From: Accumulibacter sp.
GTDB taxonomy: Bacteria; Pseudomonadota; Gammaproteobacteria; Burkholderiales; Rhodocyclaceae
Length of the DNA stretch: 64,000 nucleotides
Reading direction: 5' to 3'
Assembly (NCBI RefSeq): GCF_032229525.1
Contig: NZ_JAVTWB010000049.1
Location: 2,315 to 66,314 of the forward strand
Shown one piece after another: positions 31,470-40,971 of the stretch. Position 1 is the stretch's first letter. The number at the start of each line of letters is the position of its first letter. Both the position numbers and the translations under genes were made by a program. The notes beneath the pieces were generated by a model, which was given only the letters and a program-made list of their open reading frames with translations, did no database searches and was not told the DNA's origin.

Positions 31470-33506
31470 ATGTGTGGAATTTTCGGGCTCGGCATCAGGG
31501 AAAACGCCGCCCTGTCCAGAGATCGCTTCGAAGGGCTGTTAAAGAGACTCTACATCCTCTCTGAAAGCCGCGGCAAGGAGTCCGCCGGGCTGCATCTTTA
31601 CCTTCCAGCTGCAGGGCAGGCATGGACCATCAAAGGCGCCAAGCCGGGAACTGAATTGCTGGAGTCGGCGGCGTACAAAGCAACGCTTTCTGCCACCCTT
31701 GATCTGGCGTATGCCCCTGGGTCCCCGGTACCACGTCAGCCGATCATTGCCATTGCCCACTCACGGCTGGTGACTAACGGTCGTGCCGAGTTGACAGAGA
31801 ATAACCAGCCGGTCCGTTGGGGCGATGTCACGATGATCCATAACGGCATCATCGTTAACGTCGACAAACTTTGGGCTCAACTTCCCAATTTGGTTCGTCA
31901 CGCTGAAGTCGATACCGAGGTCCTGGCGGCCATGGTCGCCAGCGCTATGGGGAATAATTTCGACCCTGTTCAGGCGACAGCCGAAGCGTACTCCGTGATC
32001 GAGGGCGCGGCCTCCGTCGCGTGGGTCCATGGCCAAGCAAGCACCTTGACCATCGCAACCAACACCGGTGACTTGTATTGCGCCAACCTTTCCGAAGGCA
32101 ATGGGCTCGTTTTTGCGTCGGAGCGCTTCATTCTCGAGAATGCCGTTGGCAACCAAGACATCGCCAGCCAGACCATCCCGGTTGACGCAGGAACTGGTCT
32201 TTGCCTCGAGATGACTGGTGAGAGTGCGGCAAAGCGGTTTCGACTTGCCGACCACCGCGACGTCCCGCCAAAAGGAATTTACTGGCGGCGCGATGAAAAG
32301 ACCAGGCAATCAGATGTCACCGGAGATATCCCAAAAGTATTTACCGTCGTGGCTCGTGAAGCTGATGTGTCTTTGCTGCGCTACAGCGAAGAGGCCATGA
32401 AACAAATCCGTCGTTGTACCTGCTGCGTCTTGCCGGAAACCTTCCCGTTCATTGCGTTTGACCAGCAGGGCCTGTGCAACTATTGCAGAGGCTACAAGAA
32501 AAAATACAAAGGGATTTCTCCAGAAAAAGCCAAGGCTGATTTTATCCAGTCGGTACAAAAGTATCGCAGCGAGAACGGTTTGCCGGATGTTCTCGTACCT
32601 TTCAGTGGTGGACGCGACAGCTGTTACGGCTTGCATCTAATAAAGCGGGAATTCGGGCTTAACCCGATTACTTTCACCTACGACTGGGGAATGGTGACTG
32701 ATCTGGCCCGCCGCAACATCGCTCGTCTCTGTGGCAAGCTGGGCGTTCAGAACATACTGGTGTCCGCGGACATCAAGACCAAGCGCGAAAATATCCGCAA
32801 GAACGTCGCTGCCTGGTTGAGAAAACCTGATCTCGGTATGGTGCCGCTATTCATGGCGGGCGATAAGCACTTCTTCAAGATCGTCAACGATCTGAAGCGC
32901 CAGACGGGTATTCGGCTCGACCTTTGGTCCGCCAACCCGCTCGAAAACACTGATTTCAAAACCGGTTTCTGCGGCGTGCCGCCGGATTTCGACAAAAGCC
33001 GTGTCGACTATCTCTCGATGAGTCGCAAGCTCCGTCTGGCTATCTATTATGCTTCGCGCTTTGCAACCAATCCGGGATACGTCAATTCCTCATTGCTGGA
33101 TACAGGGAAGGCCTTCCTCTCATATTACATTGAGCCACGACGTGATTTTTTCTTCATGTTCAGCCATATGGTTTGGAATGAAGATGAAGTCAACAAAACG
33201 ATCATCGGCGACTATGACTTCGAACTTGCGCCTGACTCCACTAGTAGTTGGCGAATCGGAGACGGAACGGCGCCATTCTACAATTACATTTACATGACAG
33301 CCCGAGGTTTTTCCGAGTTCGACACCTTTCGCAGCAACCAGATTCGCGAAGGCCACATAACGAGAGAACAGGCAATGAAAGCTATTGTGGTCGAAAATAG
33401 ACCCAGAGTCGAGAGCTTGAGATGGTACCTTGATGTCGTTGGGCTAGATTTCAACGACACGGTGCGGCGGATCAATCAATTAGATCACCTTGGCCTTCAT
33501 GGTTGA
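31470..33506 (+). CDS. Class-II (Ntn) glutamine amidotransferase fused to a WbuX/WbpG-like N-acetyl-sugar amidotransferase
   Basis: The N-terminus has MCG, HSRLVTNG, HNGIIVN and DTEV, with no SIS domains. The C-terminus has CTCC..CNYC, the PP-loop PFSGGRDS, YDWG and WRIGDG..PFYNY. Confidence 0.82.
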   Translation: MCGIFGLGIRENAALSRDRFEGLLKRLYILSESRGKESAGLHLYLPAAGQAWTIKGAKPGTELLESAAYKATLSATLDLAYAPGSPVPRQPIIAIAHSRLVTNGRAELTENNQPVRWGDVTMIHNGIIVNVDKLWAQLPNLVRHAEVDTEVLAAMVASAMGNNFDPVQATAEAYSVIEGAASVAWVHGQASTLTIATNTGDLYCANLSEGNGLVFASERFILENAVGNQDIASQTIPVDAGTGLCLEMTGESAAKRFRLADHRDVPPKGIYWRRDEKTRQSDVTGDIPKVFTVVAREADVSLLRYSEEAMKQIRRCTCCVLPETFPFIAFDQQGLCNYCRGYKKKYKGISPEKAKADFIQSVQKYRSENGLPDVLVPFSGGRDSCYGLHLIKREFGLNPITFTYDWGMVTDLARRNIARLCGKLGVQNILVSADIKTKRENIRKNVAAWLRKPDLGMVPLFMAGDKHFFKIVNDLKRQTGIRLDLWSANPLENTDFKTGFCGVPPDFDKSRVDYLSMSRKLRLAIYYASRFATNPGYVNSSLLDTGKAFLSYYIEPRRDFFFMFSHMVWNEDEVNKTIIGDYDFELAPDSTSSWRIGDGTAPFYNYIYMTARGFSEFDTFRSNQIREGHITREQAMKAIVVENRPRVESLRWYLDVVGLDFNDTVRRINQLDHLGLHG

Positions 33507-33555
33507 TTATCGCGCCAGCAAATCTGTGTATATCTAATGAATAACAAGTCGACCG

Positions 33556-36093
33556 ATGATTGAGTTTTCAATCAAGGCCTGGTTGGGCTTCTCCTTGCTT
33601 GTAATCCTTGCCAGCGGCGCGGGCTTGGCATTTGCGTGCTTTATCTCCTGGACAGACACCGCTCGACAGGCGAGAATGAACTTGGCTTTCGGCCTCGCGC
33701 TAGGACCATTCCTCGCGGGTTTGGCGATAATATTGGCATTGTATGTTTTTCCGCGGGACTCCCACGCCACTCATCTTTGGGTCACGGCGCTCATTCTCTT
33801 TATACCGTGCGCACTCGGCCTCACTAAATGGTCGTCGCGGCCCCAACAAATAATTGATCCACGGTCTCCATCTCTGGGATTCTATCTCCTTTGCGCACTG
33901 CTGATTCTGTGGATATCGGCGCTGCTGGTTAACTCTGTTTTCATACCCCTAATTGCGAACGATGCCCTCGAGTATGCGACGGTTGGGCGAGAGTTGTTCC
34001 ATGTCCGCACACTCGACGCCTACCCGGTTCTGAATCCGGACACAAATCTCTCCGGGTTTTACGGGCCCTGGACCCATCCCCCGCTTTACGTCTCGCTGAT
34101 CTACCTGATGTCTATTATTCAAAGGCACGCTGATGCACCCGGCTTGATGAGACTGATCGCGCCGTGGTTTCTCATCACCGCCACTTTCGGCGTCGTGAGT
34201 TTGGGAATACTTCGTTCGAAAACCTTTGGCCTTCTCTCCGGAGTTTTGTTCTTATCAACGCCCTTGCTTTTCCTCGGGGCAGGTGCAGGCGCGATCGACG
34301 CGCTAGCGGTTAGCGGAGTCACCCTAATTATTTTGATCTTGCTGGGCGCCAGAAACGATACAGCGAAATATTCTATCAGCTTGGGTTTGGTTCTCGGCGT
34401 CTCCCTGTGGACCCATTCCCAGGCATTACTTTTCGTTCCGTTGGTTTTCGCGATGCTGATTATCCGCCGCGGATTTGCAGATTGGCTTATGATTGTCAAG
34501 GAAGCGGTGATCGTGTCGATTTGCGCTTTAGTGGTTGGCGGCGCTCCCTATTTTAAGAACTGGACTATTTATGGCTCCGCGGTCAGTGACAATCCTCCTG
34601 TATTTGCCCTGCGAGAATTGGATTGGTCTGGATATTTCTCCTATGCGCGCGGACTGGATAATTGGGCAGCAATCATCCAATATGGTGTTTTGAAGGGTTG
34701 GTTTGTTCCGACCTCGTTTGGTTTCGCCTTCTGGCTTTGGACGCTGGGTGCTTTTCTCTTCTGGCGACAGTTCAGGCGAAATGAAAAGGTCGGCAAAACC
34801 GGTTTAAGGCAGAGTTTGTTGGATCAAGAACAGCAGCTTTTGTGGCTGTCTGGATCCTTTGTAGTTGTTTATCTATTAGGTGTTCTGTGCTCAGTCGGGT
34901 TGGGCGTAGACATCATGATTCGTAATGGCCGATATATGCTGGTGATGGTGCCGGCGCTCGTCTTCCTCGCCGCTTATGCCGTTGAGTTGTCCTGCCAGCG
35001 CGCGACCAATTTGTTAAGCAGAACCACCACGCCCGGGTTGTTAAGAGATGCCATCCTCGGATTGGCGATAGGATGCAGTGCTATTATTCTTCTGAACTAT
35101 TTTTTGGTCGGGCTATATGCTGAGTGGCGCCAAGTCCCATCACAACCTAAGCCAGATATATTCGCCGAAGATGCTGCAGAAGGTAACCAATCGAAGGCGC
35201 CGCGTTTCGACTTCATTCTAGATTATTGGCCGTCGATTCGCCTAGCGAGACAGCTTGACGACGTCGTTCCGGCCGACTCTCTTGTGCTCAGCATGCGCCC
35301 GGCAGATATGTACTACACGAAACGGCGATTCGTCAGCTATCTTGATCCTCGGCTGATAGGTGTGTATCGCGAAAAAACTGCGCGAGCGGTAGCGCAAAAA
35401 CTTCAAGAGCTTGGAATACATTTCATTCAGTTGACAGATTACAGCCTGCCGCCGTTCTACAACTCGGCTTTGCAGTCGGTATTGGCCGATCCGGAGTTGA
35501 GCCGTCTTGAGTCCTCGGTAGGAATGTCGCAGCTATATTCCCTGCATTCAAGCGGGTTAAAAAAAAGCACAGCGACCGAGTTGGCCCCGCCGGGTTTCCC
35601 GTGGGCACGAAGCCATCTGTTTCCTGCTTTTGTGCCTAAAAGCATTGTCGAGTTGATCGGTTTTCAACCGACGCCATTCAAGTCCTCAGAGTCGGTGACC
35701 ACTTCTCTTTTAAATCACCAGGATCAAAGCGTTTTGCTGGCAACGGGCTTTGCGGGTGGTATCGGTTGGGGTGCGCTGAAGCAGACGTTTATCGGTATTG
35801 AGAACGCGGAGTACCTGATAAACCTAGGTCTGCATGGGAAAGGGTTCGTGAGGCTCTGGATCGCGCAGTTTGACAGCACAGGAGCACCGGTGCTTTATGA
35901 CACCATCGACAAAGGCAAGCCTTTACGTATCGGCGAAATAGCCCTTACGGAAAGCCATCCCGGACAGGATTTCGCGCGCCGTTTCCGGCCTCACCCCGAT
36001 GGAAAATTTTTGCGGATCGGCGTCGAGCATTTCGGCCGATCCAGTGTTTTGATTGAGAAGGCGTCGATCACTAAACTCGAGCCTGTGAACTGA
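33556..36093 (+). CDS. Large multi-pass membrane protein, GT-C (ArnT/PMT_2)-like, with a C-terminal soluble domain
   Basis: About 13 hydrophobic segments, an acidic early-loop motif NDALEY, HPPLY, LGVSLWTHS and RYMLVMVP, then a ~300-aa hydrophilic tail. The family call is an inference from the motifs. Confidence 0.6.
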   Translation: MIEFSIKAWLGFSLLVILASGAGLAFACFISWTDTARQARMNLAFGLALGPFLAGLAIILALYVFPRDSHATHLWVTALILFIPCALGLTKWSSRPQQIIDPRSPSLGFYLLCALLILWISALLVNSVFIPLIANDALEYATVGRELFHVRTLDAYPVLNPDTNLSGFYGPWTHPPLYVSLIYLMSIIQRHADAPGLMRLIAPWFLITATFGVVSLGILRSKTFGLLSGVLFLSTPLLFLGAGAGAIDALAVSGVTLIILILLGARNDTAKYSISLGLVLGVSLWTHSQALLFVPLVFAMLIIRRGFADWLMIVKEAVIVSICALVVGGAPYFKNWTIYGSAVSDNPPVFALRELDWSGYFSYARGLDNWAAIIQYGVLKGWFVPTSFGFAFWLWTLGAFLFWRQFRRNEKVGKTGLRQSLLDQEQQLLWLSGSFVVVYLLGVLCSVGLGVDIMIRNGRYMLVMVPALVFLAAYAVELSCQRATNLLSRTTTPGLLRDAILGLAIGCSAIILLNYFLVGLYAEWRQVPSQPKPDIFAEDAAEGNQSKAPRFDFILDYWPSIRLARQLDDVVPADSLVLSMRPADMYYTKRRFVSYLDPRLIGVYREKTARAVAQKLQELGIHFIQLTDYSLPPFYNSALQSVLADPELSRLESSVGMSQLYSLHSSGLKKSTATELAPPGFPWARSHLFPAFVPKSIVELIGFQPTPFKSSESVTTSLLNHQDQSVLLATGFAGGIGWGALKQTFIGIENAEYLINLGLHGKGFVRLWIAQFDSTGAPVLYDTIDKGKPLRIGEIALTESHPGQDFARRFRPHPDGKFLRIGVEHFGRSSVLIEKASITKLEPVN

Positions 36094-36242
36094 GAAATTC
36101 AGTCGTGCTAGCAACTGGCTTGGGTTTTTCTGCTTGCTTGGGGAACGCGTTGAGGCACAATCGAGCGGAGTTATGTAAACGCCAACATGGATAATGCTGT
36201 GGAGATTCCGGTTCTGTCCCTGGCTGAACGCAATAAGCGTCA

Positions 36243-37622
36243 ATGATGATAAGTTGGTTCGACCGTTTGGCAGCACGTGGTGGTTTGCTACGCTCCGTCC
36301 TGATTCTTGCTGGAGGTGCCGCGGGAGCGCAGCTTGTAATGGCGGCGGCGATGCCTGTGCTCTCCCGCTTGTACTCTCCCGCCGACTTCGGTCAATTGGC
36401 AGTATTTTCTGGACTTGTATTGACGATTTCGGTGGCGGCATGCCTGCGCTGGGATATCGCAATTGCTCTTCCTGAAGCGGACGCGGATGCCTTCGGGCTC
36501 TTGGTCTTGAGTGTTGCCAGTTGTTTGGTCATCTCCCTGCTGGGATTGCTGGCCGTGACGTCGGCTACCGCGACCTTCGTGGACTGGCTGGATCAGCCAG
36601 AGGCGGCAACTTGGCTATGGCTGGTACCACCCGCTGTCTTGGCGGTAGCGACTGGCAGCGCCTTACAGAACTGGTTTATACGGGCTCAAAATTTCGGTTT
36701 AATCTCTAAAGCGAGGTTGAGTCAAGCCGGCACCAGTGGTTCACTACAGATCGCCTTTGGATTGTCGGGCATCGGTGTGATCGGGCTGTTGATGGGGTAT
36801 GTTGCTGCAGCCATCGTAGTGGTTGGATTTCTAGGCTTTCAATTATTTAAACAAAGCCACGATTTGCAATTGGCTCTGAACACGGCAAACCTGCGAAGGC
36901 TTGCTAGCACCTACAGTCGCTTCCCGGCATTTTCTACTTGGGAAGCCCTGTCTAACGTTGCCGCCATCCACGTACCCGTTATTCTCATCGCGGGGAAGGT
37001 TGGCAATGATATTGCAGGTCAACTAATGCTGGCGATGTACGTAATTCAGGCGCCGATGGGATTAATTGGGGGGGCGATTTCTCAAGTGTATCTGTCGGAG
37101 GCCCCGTCGAGGTTACGTGTCGGCCGACTGGATCAGTTCACATTAGAGGTTTTAGGGAAACTTTGTAAGGTAGGAGTTGGCCCCCTGGTTGCGATTGGGG
37201 TTTTGTCACCAAGTGTTTTTTGGATCGTTTTCGGAAGCGAATGGGAAAAAGCGGGCCTTCTCATCGCTTGGATGACGCCTTGGTTTGTCCTCCAGTTCCT
37301 CGCATCACCGGTATCAATGGCTTTGCACGTCACTGGCAATCAGCGTGCTGCCATGAGCTTCCAGTTTTTCGCGTTATGCCTGCGTGTTTTTTCTGTACTC
37401 TGGGCTGCCGAGGTTTGGCCTGGTCTCGTAGGGGAAGCCTATGCCATCTCGGGCTTTTTTGTGTACAGTAACTACCTGTTGATCGTCGCTCACTCCCTGA
37501 GAATAAGGCCTGGGGCGTTGGCTGGCGTTTTGGCTAAAAACCTGTTGTGGTCGCTGCCGTGGATTATTTGCGGCGCGATGCTGGCTTGGACTATACATAA
37601 CTACAGTGGATTAGCGTCGTGA
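36243..37622 (+). CDS. wzx: O-antigen flippase Wzx (second of two)
   Basis: GAQLV....PVLSRLYSPADFG, LRWDIAI, ISQVY and WFVLQFLASP; multi-pass hydrophobic. Confidence 0.85.
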   Translation: MMISWFDRLAARGGLLRSVLILAGGAAGAQLVMAAAMPVLSRLYSPADFGQLAVFSGLVLTISVAACLRWDIAIALPEADADAFGLLVLSVASCLVISLLGLLAVTSATATFVDWLDQPEAATWLWLVPPAVLAVATGSALQNWFIRAQNFGLISKARLSQAGTSGSLQIAFGLSGIGVIGLLMGYVAAAIVVVGFLGFQLFKQSHDLQLALNTANLRRLASTYSRFPAFSTWEALSNVAAIHVPVILIAGKVGNDIAGQLMLAMYVIQAPMGLIGGAISQVYLSEAPSRLRVGRLDQFTLEVLGKLCKVGVGPLVAIGVLSPSVFWIVFGSEWEKAGLLIAWMTPWFVLQFLASPVSMALHVTGNQRAAMSFQFFALCLRVFSVLWAAEVWPGLVGEAYAISGFFVYSNYLLIVAHSLRIRPGALAGVLAKNLLWSLPWIICGAMLAWTIHNYSGLAS

Positions 37623-38890
37623 TGATCGACCTTGGATCCGTTTTCAGGCGTCAATCCGAGCGATCTCGGTGGGCCACAGCGTTATTATCACCAGATAACA
37701 GTTTGTTGGTTTTCGGTTTCTTGTTGCTGATGGCCTACAGCATGGTGCCGTTTCTTGCCTGGGCTGCTGCGGGTGCAAGCGACGAGTATTTGCTTTTGGC
37801 GAGCCTTACGTGTTTGGCGCTTCTCGCCATGTGGCTCGGTGGCAACTGCTCCATCTTCGACCATCGCGTTGGCGGCGCTTCAGAATTGGTGGAAGTGGAC
37901 GGGAAGTATGTCATCGCTTTTATTTGTCTTCTCTTTTTATTTTTCGGTTTGTACGTTGTTTTAACAGCACCGACAGTTCCGCTATTAAGCGCTTTGCAAG
38001 GGGTTGACGCGTACTCGCTAAGTGAGGAAAGAGGTGCCTTCTTGAAGGGGAGGCAGGGCGTTGAGAGCGCTTTGCTTTATGTCTCGACTATCCTGACAAG
38101 CACCCTCGTTCCCTACGCTTTGCTGCATGCGTTTGCCTTTGGGTACCGGATTCGTTATATTACTCTGGGCCTGTTTATAATCTACTGCCTTAGTTTTATG
38201 CAGAAGGCGCTTTTTCTCAATGCGCTGATGCCAATTATTGTATTGATTGCCATGAAAGGCTATCTCAGCCGGCGGCTGGTTTTCTTTGTTGTTTCCGGCA
38301 CATTTATCGCACTGCTCGGATTGGTTGCGTTTTCATATGATGGCAACAAGTCCGAAGCGCTTGTTGCGGGAAGCTATTTTTCTGGGTCTTACCTTCCTGT
38401 TGGGAGTTTGGACTATCTTGTGTGGCGTATTTTCGCTGTTCCGATATTTACGGCCGCGGACACCCTTGCCGTTCACCGGGAGACGTTCAGTTCCGAGCAT
38501 CTCCTTGGCGCCACCAGTTCCTTCTTTGCCTTCGTTTTTGGGTTTGACAGGATTAACATAGAACGCTATGTTGCCGATTATCAATTTGGTGGGTCTAGTC
38601 AGATTGCGAACTCCAACGCCGTGTTTTTTATCGACGGTTTTGTTAACTTTGGTTGGCTCGGCGTTTTTCTGTATGGCCTGGTTGCTGGGCAGATTTTCCG
38701 ATTGTTTCGGTTCTCGAGCGACATTGCGTTCAAAGCTTTGTGGCCGATTTTTGCCTTTCAGCTATTTTCGGGGTCATTGATCGGGACAGTACTAAGTAAT
38801 GGTTGGGGAGGGTTGGTGCTTTGCGCCCTGTTTTTCAAGGTATCGGAACACAATACTGATCAATCGTTGGGCCGACACTTAAATGAATAG
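37619..38890 (+). CDS. wzy: Putative O-antigen polymerase Wzy
   Basis: 423-aa multi-pass protein with Wzy-type features (QKAL, R-containing periplasmic loop, FIDGFVNFGWLGV). It sits between wzx and a GT. Confidence 0.65.
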   Translation: MMIDLGSVFRRQSERSRWATALLSPDNSLLVFGFLLLMAYSMVPFLAWAAAGASDEYLLLASLTCLALLAMWLGGNCSIFDHRVGGASELVEVDGKYVIAFICLLFLFFGLYVVLTAPTVPLLSALQGVDAYSLSEERGAFLKGRQGVESALLYVSTILTSTLVPYALLHAFAFGYRIRYITLGLFIIYCLSFMQKALFLNALMPIIVLIAMKGYLSRRLVFFVVSGTFIALLGLVAFSYDGNKSEALVAGSYFSGSYLPVGSLDYLVWRIFAVPIFTAADTLAVHRETFSSEHLLGATSSFFAFVFGFDRINIERYVADYQFGGSSQIANSNAVFFIDGFVNFGWLGVFLYGLVAGQIFRLFRFSSDIAFKALWPIFAFQLFSGSLIGTVLSNGWGGLVLCALFFKVSEHNTDQSLGRHLNE

Positions 38891-39809
38891 CCGTCTTGGT
38901 GGTAATACACAATGTGGTGGCGCTCCTCTTATTTCGGTGGTGGTGGCCGCGAAGAACGAAGAACATCATCTGCGTCAGGCGCTTTGTAGTATTTTGGCTC
39001 AGAATGACGTTAACCTTGAGCTCGTTTTCGTCGATGACGGATCCAATGACCGCACGTTAGATATTGCTTGCGAAATAGGTCGGGGAGATCGTCGCTTGTC
39101 TGTCTACAGTAATCAGGGTTCGGGCAAGTGCAGCGGCTTCAATTTCGGAGTAAGCAAGGCCAGAGGTGCCTACGTGTGCATTTTTTCCGGGGACGATGTG
39201 ATGCCCCAGGGCAGTTTGCGGGGTCGCCTTGATGCCATTCAGGCTAGTGGTCAGGAAACCGCGGTTATCGGACTCTCGAAGCTCGTGACGATGTCCGATG
39301 TCAGCAAATTTGATGGCTTCCTTATTCCCCGGGCCAAGGGAGTTGGTGCTCTCAGTGGCGTGTCGCCATTGATGAATCGGAAAGCGCTGGAGCTGGTTTT
39401 TCCGGTGCCGGAGTTTTTGCCGAACGAGGATACATGGATGGAGTTGGCTGTCTTGCATCTTGAAGACGTCCTAGTGATTCACTCCAATGTCGTGGCGTGC
39501 CGATGGCGTGTTCATTCTGGCAATAGTATCAATATGATGTTGCCATTTGCAGAATACAACTCAAAGGTGACCGCCAGATTTCGTGCGTTGCCCGTATTCT
39601 ACGAGAAGTTCAAAGATAGTATCAGTCAAGATCAGTCGACCATATTGCGAGCAAAAATGCGTTGCGAGGAATCCCGAGTTCAGGGAGATATGGTTGGCGT
39701 CATGTTGTCTGGCGCGGGTTTCGTTGATCGACTGCGTGCTCTTTCGATTACCAACGGATTCCTGTTTTGGATTCGACGATCTTGCTACGGTCTGTTTAGT
39801 GGCTGGTAG
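38883..39809 (+). CDS. GT2 glycosyltransferase
   Basis: ISVVVAAKNEE, FVDDGSND, NFGV..ARG..VCIFSGDD and ED. Confidence 0.88.
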   Translation: MNSRLGGNTQCGGAPLISVVVAAKNEEHHLRQALCSILAQNDVNLELVFVDDGSNDRTLDIACEIGRGDRRLSVYSNQGSGKCSGFNFGVSKARGAYVCIFSGDDVMPQGSLRGRLDAIQASGQETAVIGLSKLVTMSDVSKFDGFLIPRAKGVGALSGVSPLMNRKALELVFPVPEFLPNEDTWMELAVLHLEDVLVIHSNVVACRWRVHSGNSINMMLPFAEYNSKVTARFRALPVFYEKFKDSISQDQSTILRAKMRCEESRVQGDMVGVMLSGAGFVDRLRALSITNGFLFWIRRSCYGLFSGW

Positions 39810-39831
39810 GTTTGGCTGTTCGGGGAATTTT

Positions 39832-40971
39832 ATGAGTGAACGATATAGGATATGCGTCAATTGCATTATGGACACCACGGATCCCGGCATCTCTTTTGAT
39901 GAGGAGGGTGTTTGCGACTACTGCAGCAACTTCAAGAATGAAATCGAACCGAACTGGTACCCAAACACCAAAGGCCAGACGGAACTTGCTTCTCTTGCTG
40001 AAAAAATCCAGGTAGAGGGAAAGGGCAAGAGCTTTGATTGCATTATCGGGTTGAGCGGCGGTCTGGATAGTTCCTATACCGCGCTGATCGCGAAGGATAG
40101 GATGGGCTTGCGGCCGCTGCTGTTCCACGTGGATGCCGGGTGGAACACCGATCAGGCGGTGGGAAACATAGAGAAACTGGTCGATGGCCTTGGACTTGAT
40201 CTCTATACCGAGGTGATCAACTGGGAAGAAATGAAGGATCTCCAACTTGCTTTCCTGCGTGCGCAGATCGCGGACCAGGATTTGCCACAGGATGGCGCCT
40301 TCTTCTCGGCCCTCTACAAGTTTGCCAGGAAGCACCGCATCAAGTACGTGTTGACCGGCTCAAATGTGTCAACGGAATGCTGCCGTGAACCGGAAGCATG
40401 GGGTGGCTATCCAGGCATTGACAAAACGCTGTTCAAGGATATTCACGCTCGCTTTGGCAAACGTCAGTTGAAGACCTTTCCGCTGGTGGACATCTTTACG
40501 TACAAGGTGCTCTATCAGAAGGTTCTCGGAATGGAGGTCGTCAAACCTTTGAATCTTGTACCGTATATCAAGGCTGAGGCTGAGCGGGAGCTCGAACGCC
40601 GCTTCGGCTGGCAGAAGTTCCAGCACAAACACCACGAGTCGCGCTTCACGCGTTTCTATGAAGACTACTGGATGCCGCGCAAGTTCGGTTACCACAAGCG
40701 CCGAGCTCACTTCTCCAGTCTGATCCTCACCGGGCAGATGACGCGCGAGGCCGCATTGGCGCGTCTCGCACGGCCCGAGATGGGCGAAGAGTTTCTCAGG
40801 CAGGAGTTCGAGTACGTAGCCCACAAGCTCGGCTTGACGGTGGCTGAACTTCAGGAGATCTTTGATGGCGAGAACAAGACCTACCGGGACTACCGGAACA
40901 AGCGCTGGGCTATCGGCGTTGGTACCGACGTAATGCGTCGGCTCGGCCAGGAAAGAAGGTTGTTTCGATGA
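39832..40971 (+). CDS. wbuX: N-acetyl-sugar amidotransferase (WbuX/WbpG-like)
   Basis: CVNC..CDYC, IGLSGGLDSS, HVDAGWN, KHHES and KRRAHFSSLI. Confidence 0.88.
   Translation: MSERYRICVNCIMDTTDPGISFDEEGVCDYCSNFKNEIEPNWYPNTKGQTELASLAEKIQVEGKGKSFDCIIGLSGGLDSSYTALIAKDRMGLRPLLFHVDAGWNTDQAVGNIEKLVDGLGLDLYTEVINWEEMKDLQLAFLRAQIADQDLPQDGAFFSALYKFARKHRIKYVLTGSNVSTECCREPEAWGGYPGIDKTLFKDIHARFGKRQLKTFPLVDIFTYKVLYQKVLGMEVVKPLNLVPYIKAEAERELERRFGWQKFQHKHHESRFTRFYEDYWMPRKFGYHKRRAHFSSLILTGQMTREAALARLARPEMGEEFLRQEFEYVAHKLGLTVAELQEIFDGENKTYRDYRNKRWAIGVGTDVMRRLGQERRLFR

Noticed and set aside
31470-33506. Calling the fusion protein glmS or asnB
   Set aside because: It lacks SIS domains, and the C-terminal half is WbuX/WbpG-like rather than asparagine synthase.
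29914-35566. T7 (29914-29920) and A8 (35559-35566) tracts as phase-variation switches
   Set aside because: They are short, in frame, and expected in AT-richer genes.
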